A stretch of 62,433 nt of DNA, counting the filler, from Clostridia bacterium (GTDB lineage Bacteria > CBDUZB01 > JAGLHV01), in assembly GCA_030637025.1 (NCBI GenBank). It is 4 parts of 4 records of this genome, joined end to end, with 100 filler letters (N's around TTAATTAATTAA, not from the genome) between each part and the next. Parts side by side here need not be neighbours in the genome. Positions count along the whole stretch, not along the records: positions 1 to 23,891 come from DAOVVV010000036.1; 3 more parts are not named here. One strand, 5' to 3'. The notes beneath the pieces are model-generated. The model worked only from the letters and a program-made list of their open reading frames with translations. It had not been told where the DNA came from and made no database searches. Of the stretch, positions 1 to 10,189 are shown in pieces (position 1 is the stretch's first letter; every line of letters begins with the position of its first letter). A program made the translations under genes and the position numbers.

Positions 1-1208
1 ATTATTTTACCATAAAATATGATAACAATTTAGTGGTTATCGCTTCGGTAGCTTATGATGGAGGTGGTGATGATTCTGCGCGGGGAGTAGCGATAGATGG
101 TAATAATAACATTATTGTTACTGGATATAGTTATAATGGAGCAAATACTGATTATTTTACTATAAAATATGATAGTAATTTAGTGGTTATTACTTCGGTA
201 GCTTATGATGGAGGTGGTGTTGATTATTCGCGGGGAGTGACGATAGATGGCAATAATAATTTTGTTGTTACCGGATATAGTTGGAATGGAGCAAATACTG
301 ATTATTTTACTATAAAATATGATAGTAATTTAATGGTTATTTCTTCGGCAGTTTATGATGGAGGTAATGATGATGAGGGGCATGAAGTCTCGACAGATGG
401 TAATAATAATATTATTGTTACCGGATATAGTAACAATGGAGCAAATTATGATTGTTTAACTATAAAATATGATAGTAATTTAGTGGTTATTTCTTCTGCA
501 GTATATGATGGAGGTAATAATGATCAAACACGGGGAGTGACGGTAGATGGTAATAGTAATATTATTGTTACCGGAAATAGTCACAATGGATCAAATCGTG
601 ATTATTTTACCATAAAATATCTTGGTTCACCTCAGATAATTTCTCTTTCTCCTTTTTTTGCCTCTCCCGGGGAAACATTAGATGTTGTTATTAATGGGTT
701 AAATTTTTATAATGGTATTGATGTTTCTTTTCGTAATTCCGGAATACTGGTAAATTCCATTGATTTTATTAGTGCAACTCAATTACGAGCCAATATTACC
801 ATTGATGGCAATGCTTTTTCCGGAATCAGGGATATTACGGTGACTAATATTGATGAAGTCAGCGGGGTGTTACAAAGCGGATTTGAAATCAGGGGAAACA
901 TAGGCTATCAGGAAGAATATGATTCTCGTTTTGTTAAGCTAACTCCAAAGATATTTACTCCCAATGGAGATGGAATAAATGATGTTGCTAATTTTATTTT
1001 TACCAATCCTGATAATGAAACAGTTGAGGGAATGATATTTGATTTATCCGGCAGTGTGGTGAGGGATAACTTACCATCAAGTAGTACTACATCTTTAATG
1101 TGGGATGGCCAGGATAATGGTGGATGTGTTGTAAGTGGCAAGGTGTATATTTATCAAATTAAAATAGGTGGTAAAGTATTTAACGGGACAGTGGTTTTAG
1201 CAAAATAA
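1..1208 (+). CDS. Beta-propeller repeat protein with IPT/TIG-like domain and T9SS type B-like (gliding motility) C-terminal domain; 5'-partial
   Basis: 150-nt/50-aa repeats (DYFTIKYDSNLVVI..YDGG..D...GV..DGNNNIIVTG), then SPGETLDV..G.NF Ig domain and FTPNGDGIND...WDG.D...VYIYQI C-terminus; ORF open at contig start. Confidence 0.85.
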   Translation, partial: YFTIKYDNNLVVIASVAYDGGGDDSARGVAIDGNNNIIVTGYSYNGANTDYFTIKYDSNLVVITSVAYDGGGVDYSRGVTIDGNNNFVVTGYSWNGANTDYFTIKYDSNLMVISSAVYDGGNDDEGHEVSTDGNNNIIVTGYSNNGANYDCLTIKYDSNLVVISSAVYDGGNNDQTRGVTVDGNSNIIVTGNSHNGSNRDYFTIKYLGSPQIISLSPFFASPGETLDVVINGLNFYNGIDVSFRNSGILVNSIDFISATQLRANITIDGNAFSGIRDITVTNIDEVSGVLQSGFEIRGNIGYQEEYDSRFVKLTPKIFTPNGDGINDVANFIFTNPDNETVEGMIFDLSGSVVRDNLPSSSTTSLMWDGQDNGGCVVSGKVYIYQIKIGGKVFNGTVVLAK

Positions 1209-1369
1209 AGGTAAAATATGTTTCTCTCTAGACGCATAATTTTACCCTTCGGGCACGTAAAAACAAGCTAAAAATAAGCAACTCGCTTTGCTCAGACAGG
1301 CTTATTTTTTTAACGCTTGTTTTCGCTAAAATTTGCTATATCGTTCGAAACACATTTCACCTTTATTTT
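1202..1369. repeat. Long nested imperfect palindrome (MITE-like element)
   Basis: Outer arms aaataaaggtaaaatatgtttc / gaaacacatttcacctttattt, inner arms aaaacaagc..aaaaataagc / gcttattttt..gcttgtttt, loop aactcgctttgctcagaca. Confidence 0.7.
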
Positions 1370-1566
1370 TTTATGATTATGTTGTGGCAAAATAGGGAAG
1401 ACGGTTAAAAGACAGTTAAAAGACGGTTAAAAGACGGTTTAATTGCCTGTCCGCCAGTTTTTAAGGAGGGAAATTTGAATTTGGGAGTTTGCTTATTTGT
1501 GTTTATGACAATGTATGACGCAACTATTTGTGACACAGTATTTATAAGTAAGGAGAATTATTACAA

Positions 1567-3297
1567 ATGAAAAGAAAATATTTAATTTTTTGTAAAGTGG
1601 GATTATTTTTTTTGGTTTATGTTGGATTTATGTTTATTTTTAATGTTAAGGTTTGGGCAGGAACATTGATTTCTATTGATTCGGTAACCTATGATGGGGG
1701 TAATGGTGATTTTGCGGATGGAGTAACAACAGATGGTAATAATAATATTATTATTGTTGCTGGATCTAGTAATAATGGATCAAATTATGATTATTTTACG
1801 ATAAAATATGATAATAATTTAGTGTTTATTGCTTCAGCAGTATATGATGGAGGTAATAATGATGAGGCGTATGGAGTGACAATGGATGGTAATAATAATA
1901 TTATTATTACTGGAAACACTAGGAGTGGATTAAATTGGGATTATTTTACTATAAAATATGATAGTAATTTAGTGGTTATTTCTTCGGCAACCTATGACAG
2001 GGGTAATTGGGATTATGCGTATGGAGTGACAACAGATGGTAATAATAATATTATTGTTGCTGGATCTAGTAGTAATGGATCAAATTATGATTATTTTACG
2101 ATAAAATATGATAATAATTTAGTGGTTATTGCTTCTGCAGTATATGATGGAGGTAATAATGATGAGGCATATGAAGTGGTAATGGATGGTAATAATAATA
2201 TTATTGTTGCTGGATCTAGTAATAATGGATCAAATTATGATTATTTTACGATAAAATATGATAGTAATTTAATGGTTATTGCTTCAGCAGTATATGATGG
2301 AGGTGATGGTGATTATGCTCATGGAGTGGCTATAGATGGTAATAATAATATTATTGTTACTGGAGAAAGTTGGAATGGAGTAAATTCAAATTATTTTACC
2401 ATAAAATATGATAATAATTTAACGGTTATTACTTCAGTAGCCTATGATGGAGGTGGTAGTGATTATGCGAAGGGAGTGACAACGGATGCTAATAATAATA
2501 TCATTGTTACCGGAAGAAGTTGGATTATATCATTTAGTGATTATTTTACCATAAAATATGATAGTAATTTAGTGGTTATTGCTTCAGCAGTATATGATGA
2601 AAGTGATAGTGATTATGCGGAGGGAGTGACAACAGATGGTAATAATAATATTATTGTTACCGGAGCTATTTATAATATGACAAATTTGGATTATTTTACC
2701 ATAAAATATCTTGGTTCGCCACATATACTTTCTCTTTCTCCTTTTTTTGCTTTTCCCGGAGAAACATTAGATATTGTTGTTAATGGTTTGAATTTTTATA
2801 ATGGGGCAGAGATTATTTTTGGTGGTGTTGGAATAACCATAAATTCTATTGATTTTATTAGTGCTACTCAATTGCGAGTCAATATTACCCTTGATGATAA
2901 TGCTTTTTCCGGAACCAGGGATATTACAGTAACTAATATTGATGAGGCAACTGGAATGTTAGCAGGAGGATTTGAAATCAGGGAAAATATTAGTTATCAG
3001 GAGGAAGAAGAAGCTCGGTTTGTTCAGCTAAGTCCGAAGATAATTACTCCTAACGGAGATGGAATAAATGATGCAGCTAATTTTATTTTTACCAATCCTA
3101 ATAATGAAACAGTAGAGGGAATGATATTTGATTTATCCGGTAGTGTGGTGAGGGATAACTTACCATCAAGTAGTACTACATCTTTAACCTGGGATGGCCG
3201 GGATAATGGTGGATGTGTTGTAAGCGGGAAGGTATATATTTATCAAATTAAAATAGGTGGTAAAGTATTTAACGGGACGATTGTGGTGGCGAAATAG
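1567..3297 (+). CDS. Secreted 7-repeat beta-propeller protein with IPT/TIG and T9SS-like CTD
   Basis: Signal peptide ending VKVWAG, seven YFTIKY repeats, same C-terminal architecture as paralogs, RBS aaggag. Confidence 0.88.
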   Translation: MKRKYLIFCKVGLFFLVYVGFMFIFNVKVWAGTLISIDSVTYDGGNGDFADGVTTDGNNNIIIVAGSSNNGSNYDYFTIKYDNNLVFIASAVYDGGNNDEAYGVTMDGNNNIIITGNTRSGLNWDYFTIKYDSNLVVISSATYDRGNWDYAYGVTTDGNNNIIVAGSSSNGSNYDYFTIKYDNNLVVIASAVYDGGNNDEAYEVVMDGNNNIIVAGSSNNGSNYDYFTIKYDSNLMVIASAVYDGGDGDYAHGVAIDGNNNIIVTGESWNGVNSNYFTIKYDNNLTVITSVAYDGGGSDYAKGVTTDANNNIIVTGRSWIISFSDYFTIKYDSNLVVIASAVYDESDSDYAEGVTTDGNNNIIVTGAIYNMTNLDYFTIKYLGSPHILSLSPFFAFPGETLDIVVNGLNFYNGAEIIFGGVGITINSIDFISATQLRVNITLDDNAFSGTRDITVTNIDEATGMLAGGFEIRENISYQEEEEARFVQLSPKIITPNGDGINDAANFIFTNPNNETVEGMIFDLSGSVVRDNLPSSSTTSLTWDGRDNGGCVVSGKVYIYQIKIGGKVFNGTIVVAK

Positions 3298-3683
3298 AAA
3301 AGACGGTTAGTTAGTTTAGATTGGTTGTATTAGTTAGATTGGTTAAAGGATAAAAGAAAAGACAGTTAAAAGATAACAAATAGTCCATGGTCCATAGTCG
3401 ATAGTCCATAGACAACAGACAGAAACTACAGTTATGAGTTATTAGTTATAAGTTATGAGTTAAAGAAATAAAAAACAAAGATAGTAAAAAGAAAAGGCAT
3501 CAAGGCATAGAGGCACAAAATAAAAAGAGAAAGATCCTCCTTACAGACGACGGATAAGGAGGTAATTTTGAAGTTTGAATTAGGGAGTTTGCTTGTTTTT
3601 GTTTATGACAATGTATGACGCGAACGAAGTGAATATATGACTATTTGTGACAAAGTATTTACAAGTAAGGATAATTATTGCAA
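3298..3683 (+). repeat. Composite intergenic repeat element (stacked short tandem repeats plus shared gene leader)
   Basis: Blocks GTCCATA-, AGTTATG-, GGCA(C/T)A-, TTTGAA-type and TGACAATGTATGACGC; blocks recur at 1396-1566, 5415-5645, 24597-24832, 26570-26803 and inverted at 11048-11375 and 61080-61158. Confidence 0.85.
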
Positions 3684-5414
3684 ATGAAAAGAAAATATTT
3701 AAATTTTTGTAAAGTGGGAGTAGTTTTTTTGGTTTATGTTGGGGTTATGTTTACTTTTAATGTTAAAATTTGGGCGGGAACATTGATTCCTCTTTCTTCT
3801 GCCATCTATGATGGAGGTAATCATGATACAGCACGGAGAGTAACGACAGATAGTAATAATAATATAATTGTTACCGGGTACAGAAGGATTGGAACAAATT
3901 ATGATTATTTTACCATAAAATATGATAGTAATTTAGTGGTTATTTCTTCGGCAGCTTATGATGGGGGTAATACTGATTATGCCTATGGAGTGGTAACAGA
4001 TGGGAATGGTAATATAATTGTTACCGGGGAAAGTAGGATTGGAGCAACTTGGAATTATTTTACCATAAAATATGATAGTAATTTAGTGGTTATTTCTTCG
4101 ACAGCTTATGATGGGGAGGGGAATAGTGCTTCTGCGCTGGGAGTGGGAACAGATGGTAATAATAATATTATTGTTACCGGGGGTCGTAACAATGGAGCAA
4201 ATTATGATTATTTTACCATAAAATATGATAGTAATTTAGTAGTTATTTCTTCGGTAGTTTATGATGGAGGTAATACTGATTCTGCGGAGGGAGTGACGAT
4301 AGATGGTAATAATAATATAATTGTTACCGGATGTAGTTTTATTGGAACAAGTGAGGATTATTTTACCATAAAATATGATAGTAATTTAACGGTTATTTCT
4401 TCGGCAGCTTATGATGGGGGTAATACTGATTATGCGTATGGAGTGGTAACAGATGGTAATAATAATATAATTGTTACCGGATACAGTTTTAATGGAGTAA
4501 CTGATGATTATGTTACCATAAAATATGATAGTAATTTAGTGGTTATTTCTTCAGCAGCTTATGATAGTGGTGATAGTGATTCTGCGAATGGAATAACGAC
4601 AGACGGTAATAATAATATTATTGTTACTGGAGAAAGTTGGAGTGGAACAAATGAGGATTATTTTACCATAAAATATGATAGTAATTTAGTGGTTATTAGT
4701 TCGGCAGTTTATGATGTTAATAGTGGGGATAGTGCGTGGGAAGTAACGGTAGATGGTAATAATAATATTATTGTTACTGGGGTAAGTTTCAATGGAGTAA
4801 CTGAGGATTATTTTACCATAAAATATCTTGGTTTTCCGCAAATATTTTCTCTTTCTCCTTTTTTTGCACAACCCGGAGAAACATTAGATGTTGTTGTTAA
4901 CGGTTTAAATTTTTATAATGGGGCTAATATTGTGTTTAGTGGAACAGAAATAACCATAAATTCTATTGATTTTATTAGTGCTACTCAATTGCGAGCCAAT
5001 ATTACCATTGATGATAATGCTTTTTCCGGCAGTAGGGATATTACGGTGACTAACATTGATGAAGCAAGCGGGGTACTACAAAGCGGATTTGAAATCAGGG
5101 AAAACATTAGTTATCAGGAGGAAGAAGAAGCTCGGTTTGTTCAGCTAAGTCCGAAGATAATTACTCCTAACGGGGATGGAATAAATGATGCAGCTAATTT
5201 TATTTTTACCAATCCTAATAATGAAACAGTTGAGGGAATAATATTTGATTTGTCAGGCAGTGTGGTTAGAGATAACTTGCCATCAAGTAGTACTACATCT
5301 TTAACCTGGGATGGGCGGGATAATAGTGGATGTGTTGTAAGTGGTAAGGTATATATTTATCAAATTAAAATAGGTGGTAAAGTCTTTAACGGGACGGTAG
5401 TGGTGGCGAAATAG
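3684..5414 (+). CDS. Secreted 7-repeat beta-propeller protein with IPT/TIG and T9SS-like CTD
   Basis: Paralog of 1567-3297; ATG at 3684 chosen by homology (MKRKYL). Confidence 0.88.
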   Translation: MKRKYLNFCKVGVVFLVYVGVMFTFNVKIWAGTLIPLSSAIYDGGNHDTARRVTTDSNNNIIVTGYRRIGTNYDYFTIKYDSNLVVISSAAYDGGNTDYAYGVVTDGNGNIIVTGESRIGATWNYFTIKYDSNLVVISSTAYDGEGNSASALGVGTDGNNNIIVTGGRNNGANYDYFTIKYDSNLVVISSVVYDGGNTDSAEGVTIDGNNNIIVTGCSFIGTSEDYFTIKYDSNLTVISSAAYDGGNTDYAYGVVTDGNNNIIVTGYSFNGVTDDYVTIKYDSNLVVISSAAYDSGDSDSANGITTDGNNNIIVTGESWSGTNEDYFTIKYDSNLVVISSAVYDVNSGDSAWEVTVDGNNNIIVTGVSFNGVTEDYFTIKYLGFPQIFSLSPFFAQPGETLDVVVNGLNFYNGANIVFSGTEITINSIDFISATQLRANITIDDNAFSGSRDITVTNIDEASGVLQSGFEIRENISYQEEEEARFVQLSPKIITPNGDGINDAANFIFTNPNNETVEGIIFDLSGSVVRDNLPSSSTTSLTWDGRDNSGCVVSGKVYIYQIKIGGKVFNGTVVVAK

Positions 5415-5836
5415 AAGAGACGGTTAAAAGACGGTTTAATTGGTTTAAATTGGTTTTATTGGTTGATTAAAGGCGGTGCATTGGTTGAATTTGTTTAAAT
5501 TTGTTAGATTGGATTAAAGATAAAAAAGATTTGTTTTAAAAAAGTTTGAAACTTGAAATTTGAATTTGGAAGTTGGGAGTTTGAAAAAATAGTCCATAGA
5601 CAACAGATAGAAACTACAGTCATGAGTTAAGGAAATAAAAAACAATATTATTAAAGACTATATAATATATAGATTGTTGAAAACAATAGTTGTATTGTAT
5701 GTCAGAATAAGCAAAAAGCATAATTCTTTAATAGATTGCTTTAAGGAAATTTTAAAAAGTCAAAGTAATTTATTAAGGAAGCCTTGATTTATGCTTGAAA
5801 CACAAGGCTTTTAATTAAAAGTAGTTAAGGTAAAAC

Positions 5837-6256
5837 ATGTTATTTAAGATAAGCTTGAAAAAGCAAAAAAAATTAGAAGAACGGATGCAGAAACTGGGTG
5901 TTTTTGAGAAAGATATTATTGAAAAATTTATTCGTTCCAGTGGAAAAGGCGGTCAAAAAGTAAACAAGACAGCCACCTGTGTATATTTAAAACATATTCC
6001 TTCCGGAATAGAAATAAAATGTCAAAAAGAAAGAGTGCAGTCACTCAATCGTTTTTTAGCACGAAGAATTTTAATTGATAAAATTGAAGCAATGATTATG
6101 GGTAAAGAAAGTGCCCAACAACAGCAGATAGAAAAAATACGCCGGCAAAAGCGTAGACGCTCCAAAAAAGCCAAAGAAAAGGTTTTAAGGTTAAAAAAGA
6201 TTCAATCGGAAAAGAAAAAGCTAAGGGCTCCAATAAAAAAAGAAAATGCTGAATAA
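5837..6256 (+). CDS. Peptide chain release factor-like protein (RF-1 GGQ domain; ArfB/mtRF-R-like ribosome rescue factor)
   Basis: [14 protein letters not shown] motif, small size, basic C-terminal tail. Confidence 0.85.
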   Translation: MLFKISLKKQKKLEERMQKLGVFEKDIIEKFIRSSGKGGQKVNKTATCVYLKHIPSGIEIKCQKERVQSLNRFLARRILIDKIEAMIMGKESAQQQQIEKIRRQKRRRSKKAKEKVLRLKKIQSEKKKLRAPIKKENAE

Positions 6257-6282
6257 AAAATAAAAGGAAGGATTAATTTCAA

Positions 6283-7773
6283 ATGCCATCTATTTTAAAT
6301 CTCAAACCAGAGAAACTCTGGAGGTATTTTAAGGAAATCAGTGGAATTCCCCGTTGTTCCAAACAGGAACAGCAAATAAGAGAGTATGTAAAGGAATTTG
6401 CCCGGGAGAAAAATCTTTCATTTTTGGAAGATAAAATCGGCAATGTTCTCATTCGTAAACCAGCCGGAATGAATAATTCTTCTTTTGAAGGGAAACAGCT
6501 TCCCACAGTTATTCTTCAGGCACATCTGGATATGGTTTGTGAAAAGAATGAGGGAGTTAAGCATGATTTTTCTAAAGACCCCATTCTGTTAAGAACTGAA
6601 GGGGATTATCTTTATGCCGTGGATACTTCTTTGGGCGCGGATAATGGGATAGGGGTTGCTTCAATGCTGGCAATTTTAGATTCTTCGGATATAGAACATC
6701 CTCCGTTAGAGTGTCTTTTTACTGTTGATGAGGAGGCTGGTTTTTCCGGTGCCCTGGGAATAGAGCCTCATTTTTTGGAAGGGAAAATAATGTTGAATCT
6801 GGACGGGGAGGATGAAAATATATATATCGGTTGTGCCGGGAGTGGAAATACCAGATTTAATTTGTCTTTAGACTATACAAAAGTAGTAGTTAAAGGTATG
6901 GAAAAGTATGTAATCAAGGTTTGCGGGCTAAAGGGAGGACATTCCGGTATAGATATTCATCTGGGTCGGTCAAATGCAATTAAATTGCTGAGCAGGGCTT
7001 TATTACACCTGGACGAGAGATTAAAATTTGATTTGATCAAGATTGAAGGCGGAAATAAGTTAAATGCCATTCCCCGCGAAGCTAAAGCCCATATATTGAT
7101 AAAAACAGATGATGCTCAGGAATTAAAATCAGAGATAGCTATATTGGTTAAAGAGTTATCCCATGAATTCAAATCTATTGAATCAAATTTGCAAATAAAA
7201 GCTGTCCCCTTAACAATTGAATCTACTGATGAATATATAATGGAATCAGATTCAAAAAACAGGGTGTTAAAACTTTTAACGGATTTGCCGCATGGAGTCA
7301 TTAAAATGTGTGATGAAATGGAAGTTGTGGAAACTTCTACTAATCTGGCTAAAATTCGTACTGAACAAGGTGAAGAAGAAAACGGTGAAGTTATAATTCA
7401 TTCAATGAGCAGAAGTTGTGTAAATGCTGAATTGGCAAAAATAAGGGATAGATTAAAAACTATAGGAATTGCCGCAGGAGCCGGGGTAAAAGAAGGAAGG
7501 CTTTATCCTGGTTGGAACCCGGATAAAAATTCAAAACTGCTGCCTCTGGCACAAAGTGTTTATCAGAATTTATTTAAGGAAAGGCCTTCGGCTAAAATAG
7601 TTCATGCAGGAATAGAATGCGGAATAATCGGAGAAAAGTTTCCCGGGATGGATATGATTTCTATCGGTCCCTGGATTGAGCATCCCCATTCTGTCGGAGA
7701 AAGGGTAAAGATTTCCTCTGCAACTAAATATTTCAACTTTCTTAAAGGAATTTTAACGGCATTATCTAAATAA
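6283..7773 (+). CDS. pepD: Aminoacyl-histidine dipeptidase (M20C)
   Basis: LQAHLDMVCEK, LGADNGIG, TVDEE, GGHSG, HAGIECG motifs. Confidence 0.93.
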   Translation: MPSILNLKPEKLWRYFKEISGIPRCSKQEQQIREYVKEFAREKNLSFLEDKIGNVLIRKPAGMNNSSFEGKQLPTVILQAHLDMVCEKNEGVKHDFSKDPILLRTEGDYLYAVDTSLGADNGIGVASMLAILDSSDIEHPPLECLFTVDEEAGFSGALGIEPHFLEGKIMLNLDGEDENIYIGCAGSGNTRFNLSLDYTKVVVKGMEKYVIKVCGLKGGHSGIDIHLGRSNAIKLLSRALLHLDERLKFDLIKIEGGNKLNAIPREAKAHILIKTDDAQELKSEIAILVKELSHEFKSIESNLQIKAVPLTIESTDEYIMESDSKNRVLKLLTDLPHGVIKMCDEMEVVETSTNLAKIRTEQGEEENGEVIIHSMSRSCVNAELAKIRDRLKTIGIAAGAGVKEGRLYPGWNPDKNSKLLPLAQSVYQNLFKERPSAKIVHAGIECGIIGEKFPGMDMISIGPWIEHPHSVGERVKISSATKYFNFLKGILTALSK

Positions 7774-7784
7774 TCCTATTGAAT

Positions 7785-8300
7785 TTATTGCCATTTTTCA
7801 TTCATTATAATCTGGTCAAGAGGTAATCTGCCTTTTCTACCGGCCGGAACTTCTTTAGGATAACCCAGAACAAGTAAATCAATCACCCTTACTTCTGCAG
7901 GTATATTTAATATTTCTTTTACCTGTTCTTCAAAAAAAGCACCTATCCAGCAGCTTCCCAGACCTTCTTCAACTGCTTTTAAAGTTATATGGTCCAGGGC
8001 AATTGCTCCGTCAATAGGATAGGCTAATTGTCCACAGGTCATTTTGTATTCCGTATCTGCCGAACAACAAACAATTATTACCGGAGCTTCACCTACAAAA
8101 CTTTGATTTTTAGCTGCAACCATCAGCTTTTGACGGATAGATTTATCCCTGACTACAATAAATCTGCATTCCTGTTTGTTCTTTGCCGAAGGAGCAAGTC
8201 TGGCTGCTTCTAAAACAAGCTTTAATTTTTCTTCCTCTATGGGTTTATCCTGATAACTGCGAATACTGCACCTTTTTTTTATGGCTTCCATTACTTCCAT
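7785..8300 (-). CDS. Nitroreductase family protein
   Basis: R.SIRSY, APSAKN.Q, GLGSCWIG, LGYP motifs. Confidence 0.92.
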   Translation of the reverse strand: MEVMEAIKKRCSIRSYQDKPIEEEKLKLVLEAARLAPSAKNKQECRFIVVRDKSIRQKLMVAAKNQSFVGEAPVIIVCCSADTEYKMTCGQLAYPIDGAIALDHITLKAVEEGLGSCWIGAFFEEQVKEILNIPAEVRVIDLLVLGYPKEVPAGRKGRLPLDQIIMNEKWQ

Positions 8301-8486
8301 TGGATTTTCCTCCTTTTATTATATTAAATAATATTAAAAATATTTCAACAAGCTGTATCATAATTCAATTTCTATGTTTGGTATCCACAAACTTTACGAC
8401 TTATTGATACTTTTTATTTTTTTATTCTGCGAACCTGTCTGTTCCGCTTCAGGCGGATAAAATGGATCCGCCAGTTTTTAAGACGG

Positions 8487-8555
8487 GTCATTCCTGCAAA
8501 AGCAGGAATCCATTTTGTCAATGATAGTATAGATTCCCGCTTTCGCGGGAATGAC
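8487..8555. repeat. Inverted pair of REP-like palindromes (GTCATTCC..GGAATC / GATTCCC..GGGAATGAC)
   Basis: gtcattcctgcaaaagcaggaatcc ... gattcccgctttcgcgggaatgac; related units near 11004-11028 and 14015-14075. Confidence 0.8.
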
Positions 8556-8851
8556 AACAATAGGACTTCAGCAACAGGGCCTTTTTTATTTCTATCGCAA
8601 ATATTTAGCAAAGTATGCCATAATTTTTTAATTAAGTCAAGAATTTCTTAGCCTTTATGAAAATTTTTGTTTTTTATTAGTTAAATTAAATAAGATTTTT
8701 AGAAAAAATATTAAATTATTGATAAATCTTAAATCGGATAATTTTTTTCAAATTTTTCTTGACATTAATAAACTTTTAAAGTAAAATTACACCCGTAATA
8801 TTTTTAAAAATAAATTTTATTCCTTCTTTTTGGAAAGGGAGAGCAATAATT

Positions 8852-10177
8852 ATGAATAAAGCAAGTTTGGATGTTTTAAAAACTGTCAGAGAGAAGAAAA
8901 TCAAGACCATTCAGCTCTGGTTTGTAGATATTTTAGGGACACTGAAATGTGTTTCCATTACTCCCAAAGAGTTAAAACCGACTTTAGAGCATGGTAAGGG
9001 TTTTGATGGTTCATCAATAACCGGTTTTGCCGAGGCAGAAGAGTCGGATATTATTGCTATGCCTGATGCTTCAACTTTTAAGATTCTTCCCTGGGTAACA
9101 GAAGAAGGCCCTATAGCCAGAATGTTTTGCGATATTTTAAATCCGGATAAGACTCCTTATCCCGGGGATCCCCGTTATGTTCTTAAACGCAATTTGGAAC
9201 AGGCCCAGAAAAAAGGTTTTACTTTTAATGTAGGGCCTGAAATGGAATATTTTTATTTTAAAAACAGTAAAAATACTGAAATTCTTGATGAAGGAACATA
9301 TTTCGAACTCATTCCTAAAGATTTAGCTAATGATATGCGTAATAAGACAGTGCGGCTTTTAGAAGAGATGGGTATTGCCATAGAAGCCAGCCATCATGAG
9401 GTAGCTCACAGCCAGCATGAAATAGATCCTGCTTACTCCGATGCTTTATCTATGGCTGATAATATCATTACTATGCGGTATTGTATAAAAGAGATTGCAC
9501 AACAACACGGTGTTTATGCTACTTTTATGCCCAAACCGTTATTGGGACACAACGGCAGCGGAATGCATACCCACCAATCACTTTTTAAAAAAGAACGCAA
9601 TGCTTTTTATGATGCCAAAGACAAACATCATCTTTCTTCTTTAGCCAAGCAATTTATAGCCGGACAATTAAAACATATAAGAGAATTTTCTCTGGTAGTT
9701 TGTCAATGGGTAAATTCATATAAGAGACTTGTTTCCGGATTTGAAGCACCGGTTTATATTTCCTGGGCTCAAAAAAACAGAACTACTCTAATTAGAGTTC
9801 CTTTATATCGGCCGGGTAATGAAAAGGCAACCAGAATGGAATTGCGCTGTCCGGATCCGGCGGCTAATCCTTACCTTGCATTTTCCGTGATGTTGGCTGC
9901 GGGTTTAAAAGGAATGGAAAAAGAATATAAATTACCAGAACCTATAGAACCCAATCTTTATAAGATGCAAATGTCGGAAATAGAAAAAAGAAATATTTCC
10001 AGTTTACCTTTAAATCTTTTTGAGGCAATTAAGGAAGCGGAAAAAAGTGAATTCGTCAAAGAAACCCTGGGAGAACATATTTTTTTGCGTTTTATTCTTA
10101 ATAAAAAGAGAGAATGGGAAGAATACAGAGTACAGATTACTTCTTTTGAACTGGAAAAATATCTTCCTCTGCTTTAA
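8852..10177 (+). CDS. glnA: Glutamine synthetase type I
   Basis: FDGSSI, GPEMEYF, HHEVA..QHE, ATFMPKP, NGSGMHTHQS, R.ELRCPDP.ANPYL motifs. Confidence 0.95.
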   Translation: MNKASLDVLKTVREKKIKTIQLWFVDILGTLKCVSITPKELKPTLEHGKGFDGSSITGFAEAEESDIIAMPDASTFKILPWVTEEGPIARMFCDILNPDKTPYPGDPRYVLKRNLEQAQKKGFTFNVGPEMEYFYFKNSKNTEILDEGTYFELIPKDLANDMRNKTVRLLEEMGIAIEASHHEVAHSQHEIDPAYSDALSMADNIITMRYCIKEIAQQHGVYATFMPKPLLGHNGSGMHTHQSLFKKERNAFYDAKDKHHLSSLAKQFIAGQLKHIREFSLVVCQWVNSYKRLVSGFEAPVYISWAQKNRTTLIRVPLYRPGNEKATRMELRCPDPAANPYLAFSVMLAAGLKGMEKEYKLPEPIEPNLYKMQMSEIEKRNISSLPLNLFEAIKEAEKSEFVKETLGEHIFLRFILNKKREWEEYRVQITSFELEKYLPLL

Positions 10178-10189
10178 AAATATATTAAT

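Noticed and set aside
1-5414. CRISPR array or diversity-generating retroelement in the 150-nt repeats
   Set aside because: The repeats are in-frame coding units with no spacers. Variation is not limited to adenines (e.g. aat/tgg, tat/gag) and there is no reverse transcriptase or template repeat in the window
8414-8611. 65-aa ORF (and 10863-11108, 24483-24749, 61003-61236)
   Set aside because: Translations of REP/composite repeat DNA (SFPRKRES, VIPAKAGI, LCLCALMPLCL), not real genes
8607-8621. Sigma-54 promoter (TGGCAT...TTGC on minus strand) near glnA
   Set aside because: GG-to-GC spacing is 8 rather than 10 nt and it points away from glnA
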